From the NCBI GenBank assembly GCA_951406725.2, contig OX597815.1:63116001-63180000 (forward strand): a stretch of 64,000 bases of DNA. The letters are read 5' to 3'. Below, piece after piece: positions 11,290 through 24,491 of this stretch. How positions within the stretch are numbered: the stretch's first letter is position 1; the number at the start of each line of letters is the position of its first letter. The position numbers and the translations under genes are program-made. The DNA is from Octopus vulgaris. Its lineage: Eukaryota. A model generated the notes under the pieces. That model saw nothing but the letters and a program-made list of their open reading frames with translations. It searched no databases and was not told the origin of the DNA.

Positions 11290-12400
11290 TATTATAAATG
11301 TGTATTTAACTTTTGATACAGTTGTCCATATTTATCCTCGTTGGTTTTCAAAGAGATATTCAAAGCAGCAGAATAGCTGACCTCTGTGACGCAAGATGTT
11401 TTTTCTTGTCTACCGCAAGTAACAATATCCGTTCTGTTATGTTTAAGCTTGACAAAAGCTTTGGTAGGGATGTTCCTACAATATTCCTTATGCTTAGGAT
11501 GGAGGGATTCTCTATATTTATTTTTTCTTCGAATCGCATTGTACATTATTTCAGCGATAACGTGTCGCATAGGAAGGTAGTACCTCGATGACATTTTTGG
11601 ACAGCTGCTCATCACGTGTGTGATGTGTTCCACAAAAATATGACATAATCTGTATCTTCGGTTAAATCTGCGAGCGCCGATGACTTCTCTGTCCCTTTGT
11701 TTATCGACATTTCGAAGGAACATCCTGATCCTGGATTGCAAATGCATAGCTTTTGAAACATGATGTGTTATAGTAGCCATGAGTTCAAGAAAGACTGCAC
11801 TTCATGTTGAAATTACTACCTTCTTCAAGTCTTGGGGAAACATACCCATGTCATTTTTGGGTATGTGGGGGGTATGTCGAGCATTTGCCATTTAGGTCTT
11901 CTTTGGGGTGCGTTAGTCCGGCAGTTTTGGTGTTGAATGTGAGGTAATCAAGTATGAGAGTGCTTCCCGAGGACCTGACTGGCGAAACGTCGTAGATTGT
12001 TCTCTTCAGTTTTCAACACTAATTTAATGTATTCCTTTTTGCTACTGTTGTTAGCAAGTGCTGTCTAAGAGAAACTATGCGACATTTGGCACCTCTTCCT
12101 CCTTTGTCTCTTTTTCGGTAGAGTCTGTCAATATCACTGTTTCTGAGAATGTTTGGAGTCGATGTCAGGATCTTGATGATTTTAATGTGTATGGAGTGGA
12201 TTTCTTCTACAAACCCAGTCAAATATCCCAAATGTTGGAATTAGCACTGGTACCGGAAATGCATTGAGGGATAATGTTTTGTTGTAAGAGGAAAGTTCCG
12301 AAAACCATATTTTTCTAAGCCTGATATAATATTTTCGAATCACTCTATCATTTATTCACATCTTCGTATGACATGTTTATACCAACGCTTAGGTATTTGT
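11290..12400 (-). mobile_element. R4/Dong-like (RLE-type) non-LTR retrotransposon, 3' remnant
   Basis: Seen: DIDRLYRKRDKGGRG (post-RT motif), RLCHIFVEHITHVMSSC (degenerate CCHC knuckle) and KHNRTDIV..EVS (RLE PD-D/E-like). Frameshifted. Confidence 0.75.
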
Positions 12401-12987
12401 AGTATTCTTTGTATATATGTATGTATGTATATATGTATGTATGTATATATGTATGTATGTATGTATGCACTTACGTGTGTATGCGCGTATATAGCACGTA
12501 GACATGAATATACGGTATTAGATTCATGAAAGACGAGAAAATGAAAAATATACGACGTTCATATTTTCCGCAAGAGTATCAATGACGTAATTGAAATGAA
12601 AATGGCGATAGACTAAAAGTGAACACTGGAGTTATTCACCCTTGTCAACAATAAGCCTTTGTATATTTGTTATAAGATATTCGATCACTTCCGGCTCATT
12701 ATGAGAAATAAGATTCGTAAAATATGTTAAGAAGAACATACACACGCTCTTGTACACACACACAGAAATGAGCGCCTGTAAAACATAGATGTGCGTGTGT
12801 GTATGAGTGCGTGTGTGTGTAAGTGCGTGTGTGTATGAGTGCGTGTGTGTGTGTGTATCTGTATGAAAGTGTTTGCATGCATATACATATATATATATAT
12901 ATATATATTTGTATTTACATACACATACGTATATGTATGTGCGTATATATGTGTGTGAGTGTGTGGATGCGTGCGTGCGTGTGTGTA

Positions 12988-13026
<39 letters not shown>

Positions 13027-13588
13027 AAGAGTCATGTGATGTGACCTTTTGAAGGCATCCCAGGCGAAAGAAGTCATGGAATTAATATTCAGTTAGAATA
13101 ATTAAGGCTAAAACTTCAGCATTGTGGGAATTCCAGCCTACTTTGGTTCCGTGGAAGAGAAATTCGACAAAGCATAAAGTGTGAAGTTTCAGGTTAAGAT
13201 TGTGAAAGAAACAAGAGAAAATTGAACGGTTTCAGCCGTTAGGTGGCGTTGAGGTGTCGCGGAATGCCAGGAACAGTTGTGATATAGAAAGAAGAGAGGA
13301 AATATAAACGGTAAATCTGTGATGTAGTGTTTGTAGCGTGTTGAATTACCGATAACTGTGTGTACGTATGTATGTGGTTAGTGAAATATAATGGAATAGC
13401 AGCGGTGAAAATTTGAAATTGAAATGGGGGCAAAGCCAGACACTAATCAGACCTGAACTATTTCTGGCTCTGAAACCTGGGTCTATTTTTAGAGATGAAG
13501 TTTTGTATGTGTTGTAGATGAAGACACCAGGATATTTCATCAGAAATTATGGCGCAAAGAATTTGTAACAACTTCGAGAGATTTAGCT

Positions 13589-13835
13589 GTGCTGTTCATG
13601 CTTAAGAAGAGCGAGGGTAGTACAAGACTGACTGGTCTATACGAAGGTATGTCTTCATTAATGATCGAGCCTGTGATAGTGGAGAGCTCCGGCGTCGTTG
13701 ACCCTCTGATCATATCCCTACACATCGCTATGGGGGAGGAGATAGCTATCCACAAGTGCGAACCCCGTGAGTCAGAATGGCTGTTCCAACGCATCTCCAT
13801 CGCCATCGTCCGGGCAACGCCTTTTCTATTTTGGT
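13589..13835 (+). mobile_element. CRE-like RLE non-LTR retrotransposon, C-terminal remnant
   Basis: Seen: EPVIVESSG...EPRESEWLFQRISIAIVR(G)NAFSI, resembling the P.AVET.G...LFQRLS.AIQRGNA C-terminus of CRE-clade elements. Confidence 0.6.
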
Positions 13836-14371
13836 GACATGAGGCGGTCTAAAGTATAGGAAATTGTACGTTCCACTTTGTAATATAAAGTTACTACATA
13901 ACACATAAATATCTGTAGAGAGCAGGTATTCATACTTACGATTGGTAATGTGTTCATTTGGAGACGGAATAAATCTGCTTGAACCAGTTCGGTAGAAGAT
14001 GTGTGTGTGTGTGCGTGCGTGCGAGTGTGTATGTTATGCATGTACGGGCTGGTTAAAATGGAATGGGGGTGGCAGAAGTCATATAAGTCTCTACCAGGGT
14101 TATAAGAAACCATAGGAAGGTCAGTAGTATATATAACAAATAGTATAGGAGCCTATCCCTAACCCTAAACCCTGTCTGGAGTACATCAGGTTGATAGTCG
14201 AACGTGGGTTAAAAGGAGCCTTTTTAGTGCAAATGGCGTTAAAACCTTCCGACAAGAATTAGCGTGAGACCTATGTGAGTAACTCGTCCTTATAGTACTC
14301 ATGTCAAACCAAGACTAAGACTGTGATGATTTCAGGTGCAACACGATTGTTTTAGTGCCAACTGACTTCAG

Positions 14372-14409
<38 letters not shown>

Positions 14410-15512
14410 GCTGTTATTGTTGTTTTATAGATCCTGTTGTGTTGAACATGATCTGATATATTCTATGAATACCCCAACCTACTCCAAATAGTGTATGTTT
14501 CGGATTATTATATCTTTCGCATTTGGAAACGTAGGACGTAATTGGTTACTGTCGCTTGCGAGCTGTCCAACTCTCTTGAGATTTAGGTGATTGCAAAACA
14601 CGCTTCTTCACTACACAATCATGCCTACACCAATGTCTAGATAAAATTGTTATATACCGAGCTGCTGTCCTCACCAACAACATCTCAATATGTTGGATAG
14701 AGCTTACAGTGCACAACCATACAAAATTTTCCAGTATCAACAGGACAGCTTGTTATGTCATCGCCAGCCGAAAAGAACACAGCTCTTTCTAAATTTATAT
14801 GAAAATTGAGAGACAAAGTACAAACCACCAGTGTCAAGGCGGTGCCCAAGCATAGCCACCGTCCAGAGACTGAAACGAGATATAATAAAAGATAGCATAT
14901 ACGTATGTAAATATCCATCTATCAATCTCTATTGTTTGTATGTGTGGAGGGGGTACTGAGTGTGCAAAATTATAAATAACACGAAGACGAGTTAAAAACA
15001 ATGTACTAGATTTACGCCCAAGAAAAATAGAAGGAAAAGTGTGTGTGTGTGTGTGTGTCTCTCATTCTCTATTACCTCCTCCTCCCCAACCTCCACATCT
15101 ATCTCTCCCCCTTCCACTCACTCACTCTGCACGTCTTTCAAGACACTTTCTGTCAGTCACTCACGCTGTCTCGTCACACTCCAACAGCACCCACTCACTG
15201 ACGAAACTCTTTGCATCATAACTTGTTGATGTTGTGGTTGTTGTTGCTCTTGTTGTTTGCCATGTATGTTTGTTTGGTTTGTTGTTTGTTGATACTAGAC
15301 TCAATTGGGGTTTCTTTGCGCTTCTTTTCTTTTTAATTTTTCATATTTTGTATTTTGTGCGTGGAAGTGTATGTGTATGTGTATGAGTTTGAAATATGTG
15401 CATTTGCATATCTGTATGTTTTACACACACATACACACATACACACACATATGCATATATCATATATATATATGTGTATGTGTATGTATTTATATCTAGA
15501 TGAATATGTATC

Positions 15513-15579
<67 letters not shown>

Positions 15580-15754
15580 ATGTATATATATATATATGTA
15601 TATTTATATATACATATGCATGTACATATTTATATATACATATATATTTCATTATATATATACATATGTATATATATATATGTATACATATAATATATAT
15701 ATATATATGTGTGTATATATATATATTCATATGTATGTGTATAATACATACATG

Positions 15755-15810
<56 letters not shown>

Positions 15811-16309
15811 CATACATATATATACATATAAACATATATATATATATATATATGTTTGTATGTATATATATGTATGTATGTATGTATAAATATATATATA
15901 TTTGAACAGGTTCACACACATACATGCGTACAAACATTAATTCATACACATACAACCAACACACGCATAGACACGTATGTATTTATGTATGTTTTTTTTA
16001 TGTATATGCGTATATGTATATGTATTAGTAATAGTTGTGTATGTGCGTGTATGTAGGGAAGTAAAAATATTTTAAAAAAACAGGAAAGAAATTACTGATT
16101 CTCTCTCTCCCTTTCTCTCTCTTTCTCTGTATGAATGTGTGTGTGCATATGTGTTTCTCTGTGTGCATATGTGAAGTGTGCGTGTGATCGTGTATATGAG
16201 TGTATACGTATGTGTATGTTTAGTGATATATACCATATACCCACAGATACACAGACACACACATAGACACACATATACACAGGTATGGGGAGAGAGAAAG
16301 AGAGAGTGC

Positions 16310-16310
16310 T

Positions 16311-16401
<91 letters not shown>

Positions 16402-16402
16402 G

Positions 16403-16456
<54 letters not shown>

Positions 16457-16475
16457 CAGTCAGACAGACAGACAG
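16310..16475. repeat. (GATA)n/(GACA)n microsatellite
   Basis: Seen directly. Confidence 0.95.
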
Positions 16476-16698
16476 ATATGCATAATTTATTTCATACAGC
16501 TCCTGTGTCTCTCACACTCACACACTAATGTAAGTCATAGAGGTATTCCCATACGCACCGCATATATTAATATGTTCACTGACACCTATCTATTTCTGGT
16601 GTATCATCATATAGTCTCCCTGGTGTATATATACATACATACATACATGCATGTGTGTGTGAAAGCATATGTGTGTGTAAATGTATATATACATACGG

Positions 16699-16790
<92 letters not shown>

Positions 16791-18207
16791 GTAAGTGTAA
16801 ATATATATATATTTTCATTAAGTACACACTTGGTCCATATGCATGCATATGTGTCTATGCATGCATACGCACACACACACACACACATATATATATATAC
16901 ACGCATACTAAACACACAAATACAACCGCATATAAACGCACACAAGCACTTAAAAGACAAGAACATAGAAACTCATACACACACACACACACACGCACGC
17001 ACACACACACATACACATACACACATACACACACACACGAAAGCAGATACATACACACAGACACATTCACACACGAGACGTACTTGAAACCCAATCACAA
17101 GCACCACCTCTATCCTCCTCTTTTTTCTGCCTTTACAGTCCAACACCGCCACCACCTCCGCTGCCGTCGCCGTCGACGTCGTTTCATCTCCTCGCTTTAT
17201 CACATTAACGACGCCACTACAATCTTTTGGCGACAGGCGATACTTCTGCTGCTGCTGCTGCTGCTGCTACCGCTGATAATGATGATGACGCTGTTGTTGG
17301 TGCTGCTGTTGTTCTTTTTGTTTTTCAGTGACCGTGTTGTTCTTGTTCCTGCTGTTGTTATAGCTATTGTTCTTGTTGATAGTGGCGTCGTTCTCTGCTG
17401 TTACTACTACTGCTGTTGTTGGTGCTGCTGTTGCTTCTGTTTAGTTTTTTTGTTTGTTTTTGTGGTGGTTTGTCAGCTGGTTTGTGTTGTTATTGTTGTT
17501 CTTGATGTTGTTGCTGCTGTTGTTATTGTTCTCGTGTTTTTGATGCTTTGACGCTATTTTCCGACCGTTTTAGGAATATTTTTTTATGTTTTTATGTTTT
17601 ATATTTTTTATGTGCTCTTGCTTTCCTTTATTTTTTTCCTTATGACATTTGATTTTTTTTATTTATTCAGAAGGGAGGGACAGCAACCATCGTCTCTGCT
17701 GCAAGCTCTACACGACTGGTGCGATTGATTCGCTTAATATTTGTCTGGAACAGCCTCGTCGTTGCGATACGCCCCTTGATGGGAATTCGCTTAACATGCA
17801 GTTTAGCATCCGAAGAAAGTGAAAGTAAATTCCTACAATGACACCCCATAATTCCATAACGAGAACATAAAGAGACCCCCTTATTATGCCGTACCTGCAA
17901 GCACATATTTGTATAGAGCGCCTTCTAGTGATACCTTAATTATTTCAGAAATAGCAGCTGAGACACACCGTTGCAACGTACTAACAATTATGCCTTATTT
18001 ATTTCAGTCGCTGGACTGCGGTCATGCTGGAGCAACATTCTGAACATCTCGACCCTAGATTTTATCTGCTATTTATTTACCAGTCTCTCACTAAATTATG
18101 GAAAGACAACAAACCAAGACCGGTTGTCAAAGGAAGGTGGGGGGGTCAACCCCCCCCCAAAAAAATGTATAGGTTCTTCCACTTTACATATATACATATT
18201 CTTTTAT

Positions 18208-18570
18208 TTTTTATTTGTTTCAGTCATTTGACTGCGGCCATGCTGGAGCACCGCCTTTTGTCGAGGAAGTCGACCCTAGGACTTATTCTTTGTAAACCTA
18301 GTACTTATCCTATCGGTCTCTTTTGACGAACAGCTAGATTAAGAGGATGTGAACACACCAGCATCGGTTATCAAGCGATGCTGAGAGGACAGGGACACAC
18401 AAACACACACATATACGACGAGCTTCTTTCAGTTTCCGTCTACCAAATCCACTCACAAGTCTTTGGTTGGCCCGAGGCTATAGTAAAAGACAGTTGCCCA
18501 AGGTGCCGCGCAGTGGGACTAAACCTGGAACCGTGTGGTCGGTAAGCAAGCTACCTACCACAGAGCCACG
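18208..18570 (-). mobile_element. SINE family A, full length
   Basis: Seen: head, core, internal microsatellite and tail collinear with 31416-31820. Confidence 0.9.
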
Positions 18571-18599
18571 CCTTGGCTTGTATGTATTGTTTTTATAAT

Positions 18600-18787
18600 T
18601 GTACTTGTTTCAGTCATTTCACTGCGGTGATGCTGGGGCTCCACCCTGAAGAGTCTTAGTCGAACAAATGGACCTAGAACTTATTTCATATGTCTTTTAC
18701 CGAACCGCTAAGTTACGGGGACGTAAGCACAACGGTTGTCAAGCTATGATGGGGGACAAGCACAGACACAGACACAAACACACACAC

Positions 18788-18833
<46 letters not shown>

Positions 18834-19004
18834 GACAGACTTCTTTCAATTTCTGTCTACCATCTACCAAATCCACTCACAACGCTTTGGTCGGCCCGAG
18901 ACTATAGTAGAAGACACTTTCCCATGAATCCACGTAGTGGGGCTGAACCCGGAACCATATGATAGGGAAGCAAACTTCTCACCACACAGCCACGCCTGCA
19001 CCTA
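18600..19004 (-). mobile_element. SINE family A, full length (second tandem copy)
   Basis: Seen: same layout, more diverged. A third degenerate 3' part lies at ~17995-18140. Confidence 0.85.
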
Positions 19005-19589
19005 TGTATAAGTTTCAAAAATTAAACAGAAAGCACGTCAAAGAAACGAACTGAAATTCACACATGAGACATGGACATGCTATTTTCTTGTCATTTATCG
19101 TTCCAAACAAACCCTTGCAATTCCACGCCTTTAATTATAATGTCATTCATTGTTGGTGGTGTCAACAGCGAATAGCTGCTGGAAATAATGAGTGACGCTT
19201 GATGAGAGTGAAGGAAACAAAAAAAAAAATGCGGCACAGGCACAAATGTAAACACACAAACAAAATAGACGTCGTTGACCCTTGAGACAAGACAAACCGT
19301 GTAAGTAAAGCAATGGAAACTCTCCTGTAGAACTGATATATATATATGTATATATATAAAACTGAAATGCGTTTTTACCGCTTGGATCGCTTTCAATGCC
19401 ACTACGTCCCGTCCGATTCGCTCCAAAATTTACAGGGACATGTAGAATGAGGTGACGATGCTCGTGGGCTACCTTAGAAATCCCTATCTTAAAAGGTGTG
19501 GTTGCTAGGGGCCATCTTCTTCACTCACGCTATTTCCTCTATTACCCTCTCACTCCTCTTCACTAATAACTTTCACAATTCCACTACCG

Positions 19590-19695
19590 TTATTTAAAGT
19601 ATCTTATTTATTTATGACCCACAAGGGGCTAAACATAGAGGGGACAAACAAGGACAGACATAGGTATTATGTCGATTACATCGACCCCAATGCGA
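19590..19695 (-). mobile_element. SINE family B, 3' fragment
   Basis: Seen: CCCACAAGGGGCTAAACA..GGGGACAAACAAGGACA..GTCGATTACATCGACCCCA is the reverse complement of the tail of 40158-40400. Confidence 0.8.
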
Positions 19696-20227
19696 AAGTA
19701 TCTGTCACTCTCGCTATTTCCTCTCTTTTTCACTGACTCTGTTTCCTACCTTCCCATCACTTCTGCGGCGTTCTTTTAAGTATCTGTCTGTCACCAACAA
19801 CACACGAGCATGAGAACAAATATTATGAATCAGATATTCTTGCGTTCATTTATATGTGTCTGTGTGTTCTATATATAAATATGTATATATAATGTATGTG
19901 TGCGTGTGTTCTATATATAAATATGTACATATAATGTATATATACAAAGTGTATATATCTGTATTTATGTATATTAAACTTTTTCATACTTTTTCATAGT
20001 TATATATATTTTAAACAAATTATAAATATAATTTAATAATTTTTATTTTCAATTTAAATAATTTAAATTTTTCAATTTTATATTTTCTATATTTTCTATA
20101 TTATATTTTTTTTTATGTTTTTGTCTTTGGTTTTTCACTGTTTGATTTGCCTATTAGTGGTTTTATCTCTAATTTGATTTATACAGATATATATCTCATT
20201 TGTATACATTTGTATATATAATGCGTG

Positions 20228-20259
<32 letters not shown>

Positions 20260-20269
20260 CATATATATA

Positions 20270-20412
20270 TATTTTTTTTTTTTTTTTTTTTTTTTTTGTA
20301 ATTGTTTCAGTCATTCGACCGCGGCCATGCTGGAGCACGCCCGGTCTGGGAATCGAAACCGCGATCCTCCGACCGCAAGTCCGCTGCCCTAACCACTGGG
20401 CCATTGCGCCTT
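20270..20412 (-). mobile_element. Chimeric mini-SINE (family C tRNA head plus family A tail and poly-A)
   Basis: Seen (rc): GGCGCAATGGCCCAGTGGTTAGGGCAGCGGAC..GGTTTCGATTCCCAGACCGGGC joined to GTGCTCCAGCATGGCCGCGGTCGAATGACTGAAAC and an A-run. Confidence 0.8.
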
Positions 20413-21200
20413 ATATATACATATATAATGTGTGCATTACGTAGTCGGTCGATTCAAAAGTGCTGGCAAGTTTGCATGACAACTATTTTTTTCCTCAAAT
20501 GAAAGGCGTGACCTCTAGGACAAAATTCCTCATCTTATAAAATGTGGCCCCAGTAGACCCGAATGAAATCGGGTTATATTAACCAAAATGTGAAAAGGGG
20601 TCTAAATGGGGCTGGAAGGGGATTAAAATTTAAAGGAGTGGGTGTTACATCAAGCTAAAAAATTTGCACCAGCCTTTTAATCGTCAATGTGTTGCCGTCC
20701 ATGATAAAGAAGTTTTGAATGCTTGCCATGGTGAGTCTACTGTCGTGAGAAAGAATCACTTCAAAACTTGGTGTTTACGAATTTTCTTTTACATCAAGTT
20801 CAACATTTTACGCCAGTCGTTAAACTGTCAATACGTTGTTGTCCGTCGTTAAGAAATGCCAGCCATGATGACTCTACTATCCTCAGATTTTATCCCTTCA
20901 AACTTTGGTTTCCAATATTTTATTATTTTTATTCAGCTCGCAAGTTCGTCTGTCCCTTTTAAATGTTAGCGTTTTGCTGTCTGCCTTGAAGCAGACCTTT
21001 CCGTTGCCACTGCCTGATATTTATGATTGATCTTTCTAAATATTTTATTTCTCAACTTACTCAAGATCTTCTGTTGTTTATAAATGGGAGAGAGATAGAT
21101 AAAGATAGAGAGTAAGAGAAAGCGAGGGAGAGTCCGAGAGAAAAGAAAAGTAAGAGAGTGGGAAAGTGAGAGAGAAAGGAGAGAGAAACAAAGACGGAGA

Positions 21201-21510
21201 ATCATCATCATCATGGTTTAACGTCCGTTTTCCGACCTAGCACGGGTTGGACAGTTTGACCGGGATCTGGGAAGCCAGGAGGCTGCACCAGGCTCCAGTC
21301 TGATCTGGCAGTGTTTCTACAGGTGGATGACCTTCCTAACGCCAACCACTCTGTGAGTGTAGTGGGTGCTTTTTTCGTGCCGCCGGCACAGGTGCCAGAG
21401 GGGCTCGCAGCGGCAACGGTCGGTTGGTGCTTTTTACGTGCCACTGGCACAGAAGCCAGTCAAGGCGGCGCTGCAATCGGCCACGTTCGGATGGTGCTTT
21501 TTACGTGCTG
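21201..21510 (-). mobile_element. SINE-like element family D (RTE-type tail)
   Basis: Seen: GC-rich island with GGATGACCTTCCTAACGCCAACC and internal GGTGCTTTTTACGTG repeats, ending (rc) in AAAACGGACGTTAAACC(ATG)n. The RTE link is inference. Confidence 0.6.
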
Positions 21511-21591
21511 AAAGGAAGCAACAGAAAGTAACAACCACACTCTTACCTGCGCGTAGAGCGGGTCACCTTCAGCTAGTATATATATATATTC

Positions 21592-21812
21592 TGTTACTTG
21601 CTTCAGTCATTTGACTGCGGCCATGCTGGAGCAAAGCCTATATTTATACACACACACATATATATAGGCTTCCACAGTTCCGTCTGCCAAATTTATTCTC
21701 AAATGTTTGGTCGGTCTGTGATCATAGTAGAAAACATTTGTCCAAAGTGCAACGCAGTTAGACTGAACCCAAAACCACTAGCTTCTTAATCAAACACCCA
21801 TACATTCACCTA
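21592..21812 (-). mobile_element. SINE family A, internally deleted and diverged
   Basis: Seen: tail TTCAGTCATTTGACTGCGGCCATGCTGGAGCA joined to a degenerate 5' half. Confidence 0.7.
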
Positions 21813-22909
21813 TACCCAGCATAAAGGTGATTATTTTCGTGTGTGTGTGTGTGTGTGTGTGATTTTCATATATAAAATATAAGTACGTTCTATACATCGA
21901 TTACATACATTGTTTACTTAAAATTATTGGATGGTATTTTCGTCACTTCCGGTCTATTTACTTTCACTTTTTATGATACTTACTTGCATGTTAACCGAGA
22001 ATTTTCGGGGGCAGTGTTACTCAGGCGAGGAAAGATTTGGAAAAGTAATTAATGTGTGTTGGGTGTGGTTGGGTAGAGGTGGTGGGCAACTCATTAGTCT
22101 TGAGGAATAGAAGCCATTGCAGTAGCGCTAGTAAAAACCGAAGGATGGCCCGGCACATTTGTTGGGCTGGACCTTGAGATGTACAAGTTAATAACTCGGT
22201 AGTTTTTTTATCTGCTGATTTATTTATTTATTTATTCATTTAATTATGAGTGAGTGTGTGAGTGAGTGAATGAGTGAGTGAGAGAGTGAGGCAGGGGCTA
22301 TTTTAAGAATAACCACATGCCAACTCATGTCCACGAAGTGGATCTAGTAATAGATAAATTCACTTCCACAAGTACATGGTATATAAATGCTTTACAGGTA
22401 CGACAGCCGGTGAGCTCAAACAAAGGTTTTTCAATCATATTTACTCTTTTAGAAATATCGAAGACACAGATGTTATTAAAGTATCCGACTACTGTTGCAC
22501 CATAAAAGGAAACTGCTTTCAATTATAACATCAAACGGAATTTCTTTAACGAAACAGAACTTAAAAGAATGAATGGAAAGAAAGTATAAATTTGATCTTT
22601 GCACAAACCGAGAGAAGCATTGTCCTTGAAAATTTGCGCAACATTGTATTAAAAACTTAGATTCTTAATTTTCGGAAAATGTAAATATTTTGATAAACAT
22701 GTGTTACGTAATTAGTCGAAACCACCTCTAACTATATCCATAATTAATCTCCATGTTTCTACTATATACTGTAAGCTCTTTCATCTATATATGCCGATTC
22801 CCTAACCCATATGAATTGCAACCGGTGCATACGCACACACGCACATAACTGTCCGGATGTTTTGCGTTCTTGTCCCATTTTGTATATATATATGTATGTA
22901 CACACACAA

Positions 22910-22942
<33 letters not shown>

Positions 22943-22943
<1 letters not shown>

Positions 22944-23060
22944 TGGCCTGCTCGCTTAGCCAGCGGGGTGGCGTCATTTGAAGGCTAAAACAATGCGAAA
23001 CGCATTGTGACCAGCGATGTGCAGCAGCATCTGATAGCCTGGTCGGTCACGGTGATGACG

Positions 23061-23066
<6 letters not shown>
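22943..23066 (+). mobile_element. SINE family C, 3' fragment
   Basis: Seen: reverse complement of 31083-31203 (TTGGCCTGCTCGCTTAGCC..GGTCGGTCACG). Confidence 0.8.
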
Positions 23067-23095
<29 letters not shown>

Positions 23096-23344
23096 TCTGA
23101 GTAAAACTAAAACTTTTACATCTATCTCTTTTATCCAGAAACGCGTATATGGTTGATCAAAGCCGGGTGAGTTCGTTATTTTTTTTCTCTTTACCTACGT
23201 GAATTAAAAATATAGTTTTCTGGGAGATATCTTATGGTCGATGATAGTATTTAACTGCTATTTCTAAATTTCGGTATGTGGTGAAGCAATTTGCTGAACC
23301 CTAATTATAATTATGCTTATAATTATAGAATTTTTGTGTATGTG

Positions 23345-23392
<48 letters not shown>

Positions 23393-23478
23393 TGTATGTA
23401 TGTATGTATGTATGTATGTATGTATGTATGTATGTATGTATGTATGTGTGTATGTATGTATGTATGAATGTATGTATG

Positions 23479-23526
<48 letters not shown>

Positions 23527-24449
23527 TGTATGTATGTGTGCGTGTATATATATATATATATAAAGTATGGAGGTTTAGTTCACAGGTGATCTAAACTATT
23601 AGGTGCTCTAGGTAAGTTCTGTAACGGATTACTAGGGCTCCAAGGTTGTAGCCGAGACGATACTTATGGAGCTAAGTTGAACTATGAACTTTTATGCTTC
23701 TTTTTTCTTCTTTCTTTCCATCCCCTTATTCTGTTACCCCCCTTCCTCTATGTCATCATCTCATTAATATATACCATTCTCATTTTCCTTATTTTCCCCT
23801 ATTTGTCTCTGATGACAAATACGTCTGTAAGATTTTGAATTTCTTCCTATAATAATTATTGTATACGACTTGAGACATTTCCCTTGCCTATCTTCGTATC
23901 TGATTTTTTTTCTACTCTTTCAAACCCGCTGCCCCCTACCCATCTCTCCTCCTTCCACGTAACCGGTGTCAGGCCAGCCATGAACTTTCTTTCTTGGCCT
24001 GTCTACCGACCACCAACACCTCTTCTGTTCATCTCTCATGTTCCTGCGTTTAGGGTTTCACTTCATACACGCCAGCTCAATTTGATTCGTTCTGAGTCGA
24101 AAGACGCCTATTATTATTTCTCGTTGTTTGTATTCGTAATTGTGTACCATATTCTCCGTTTTTTTTCTTTTTTGTCTTTGTTGCCGTACACATTCGATAG
24201 CTTTCTTACTAAGGGGTCTAATGCTCTTAGTTTAGACTTGGGGGGTGGGAGGAACCAGATCGAACCAGATCGAACCATCTCAAGTGTAATTGCCCGAAAT
24301 GGTTGTGACTACTGGGACTTGACTGATGAAAGAAAGCCAAGAATGACCCGTCTTTTTTTGCCTGTCCTTCTAAGTGTTGTTTCTCTTGTCTGCCTTTGTA
24401 TCGCCTATCTGTCCGAATGTTTTAATGCGCTCTATTGCGTTTTTGGTCC

Positions 24450-24490
<41 letters not shown>

Positions 24491-24491
<1 letters not shown>

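Noticed and set aside
11963-11994. Hammerhead-like CCGAGGA..GAAACGTC on the + strand
   Set aside because: Lies antisense within apparent R4-like coding remnant; stems are weak, so probably chance.
14155-14173. CCCTAACCCTAAACCCT telomere-like motif
   Set aside because: Only about two units.
16655-17551. Longest ORF (298 aa) with a hydrophobic C-terminus
   Set aside because: Built from (TA)n, (TG)n, (CA)n and (CTG/GTT)n repeats, which lack stops by composition. No domain or splice support.
20440-20965. Unique block possibly from a DNA transposon
   Set aside because: No TIR pair or recognisable peptide could be established by eye.
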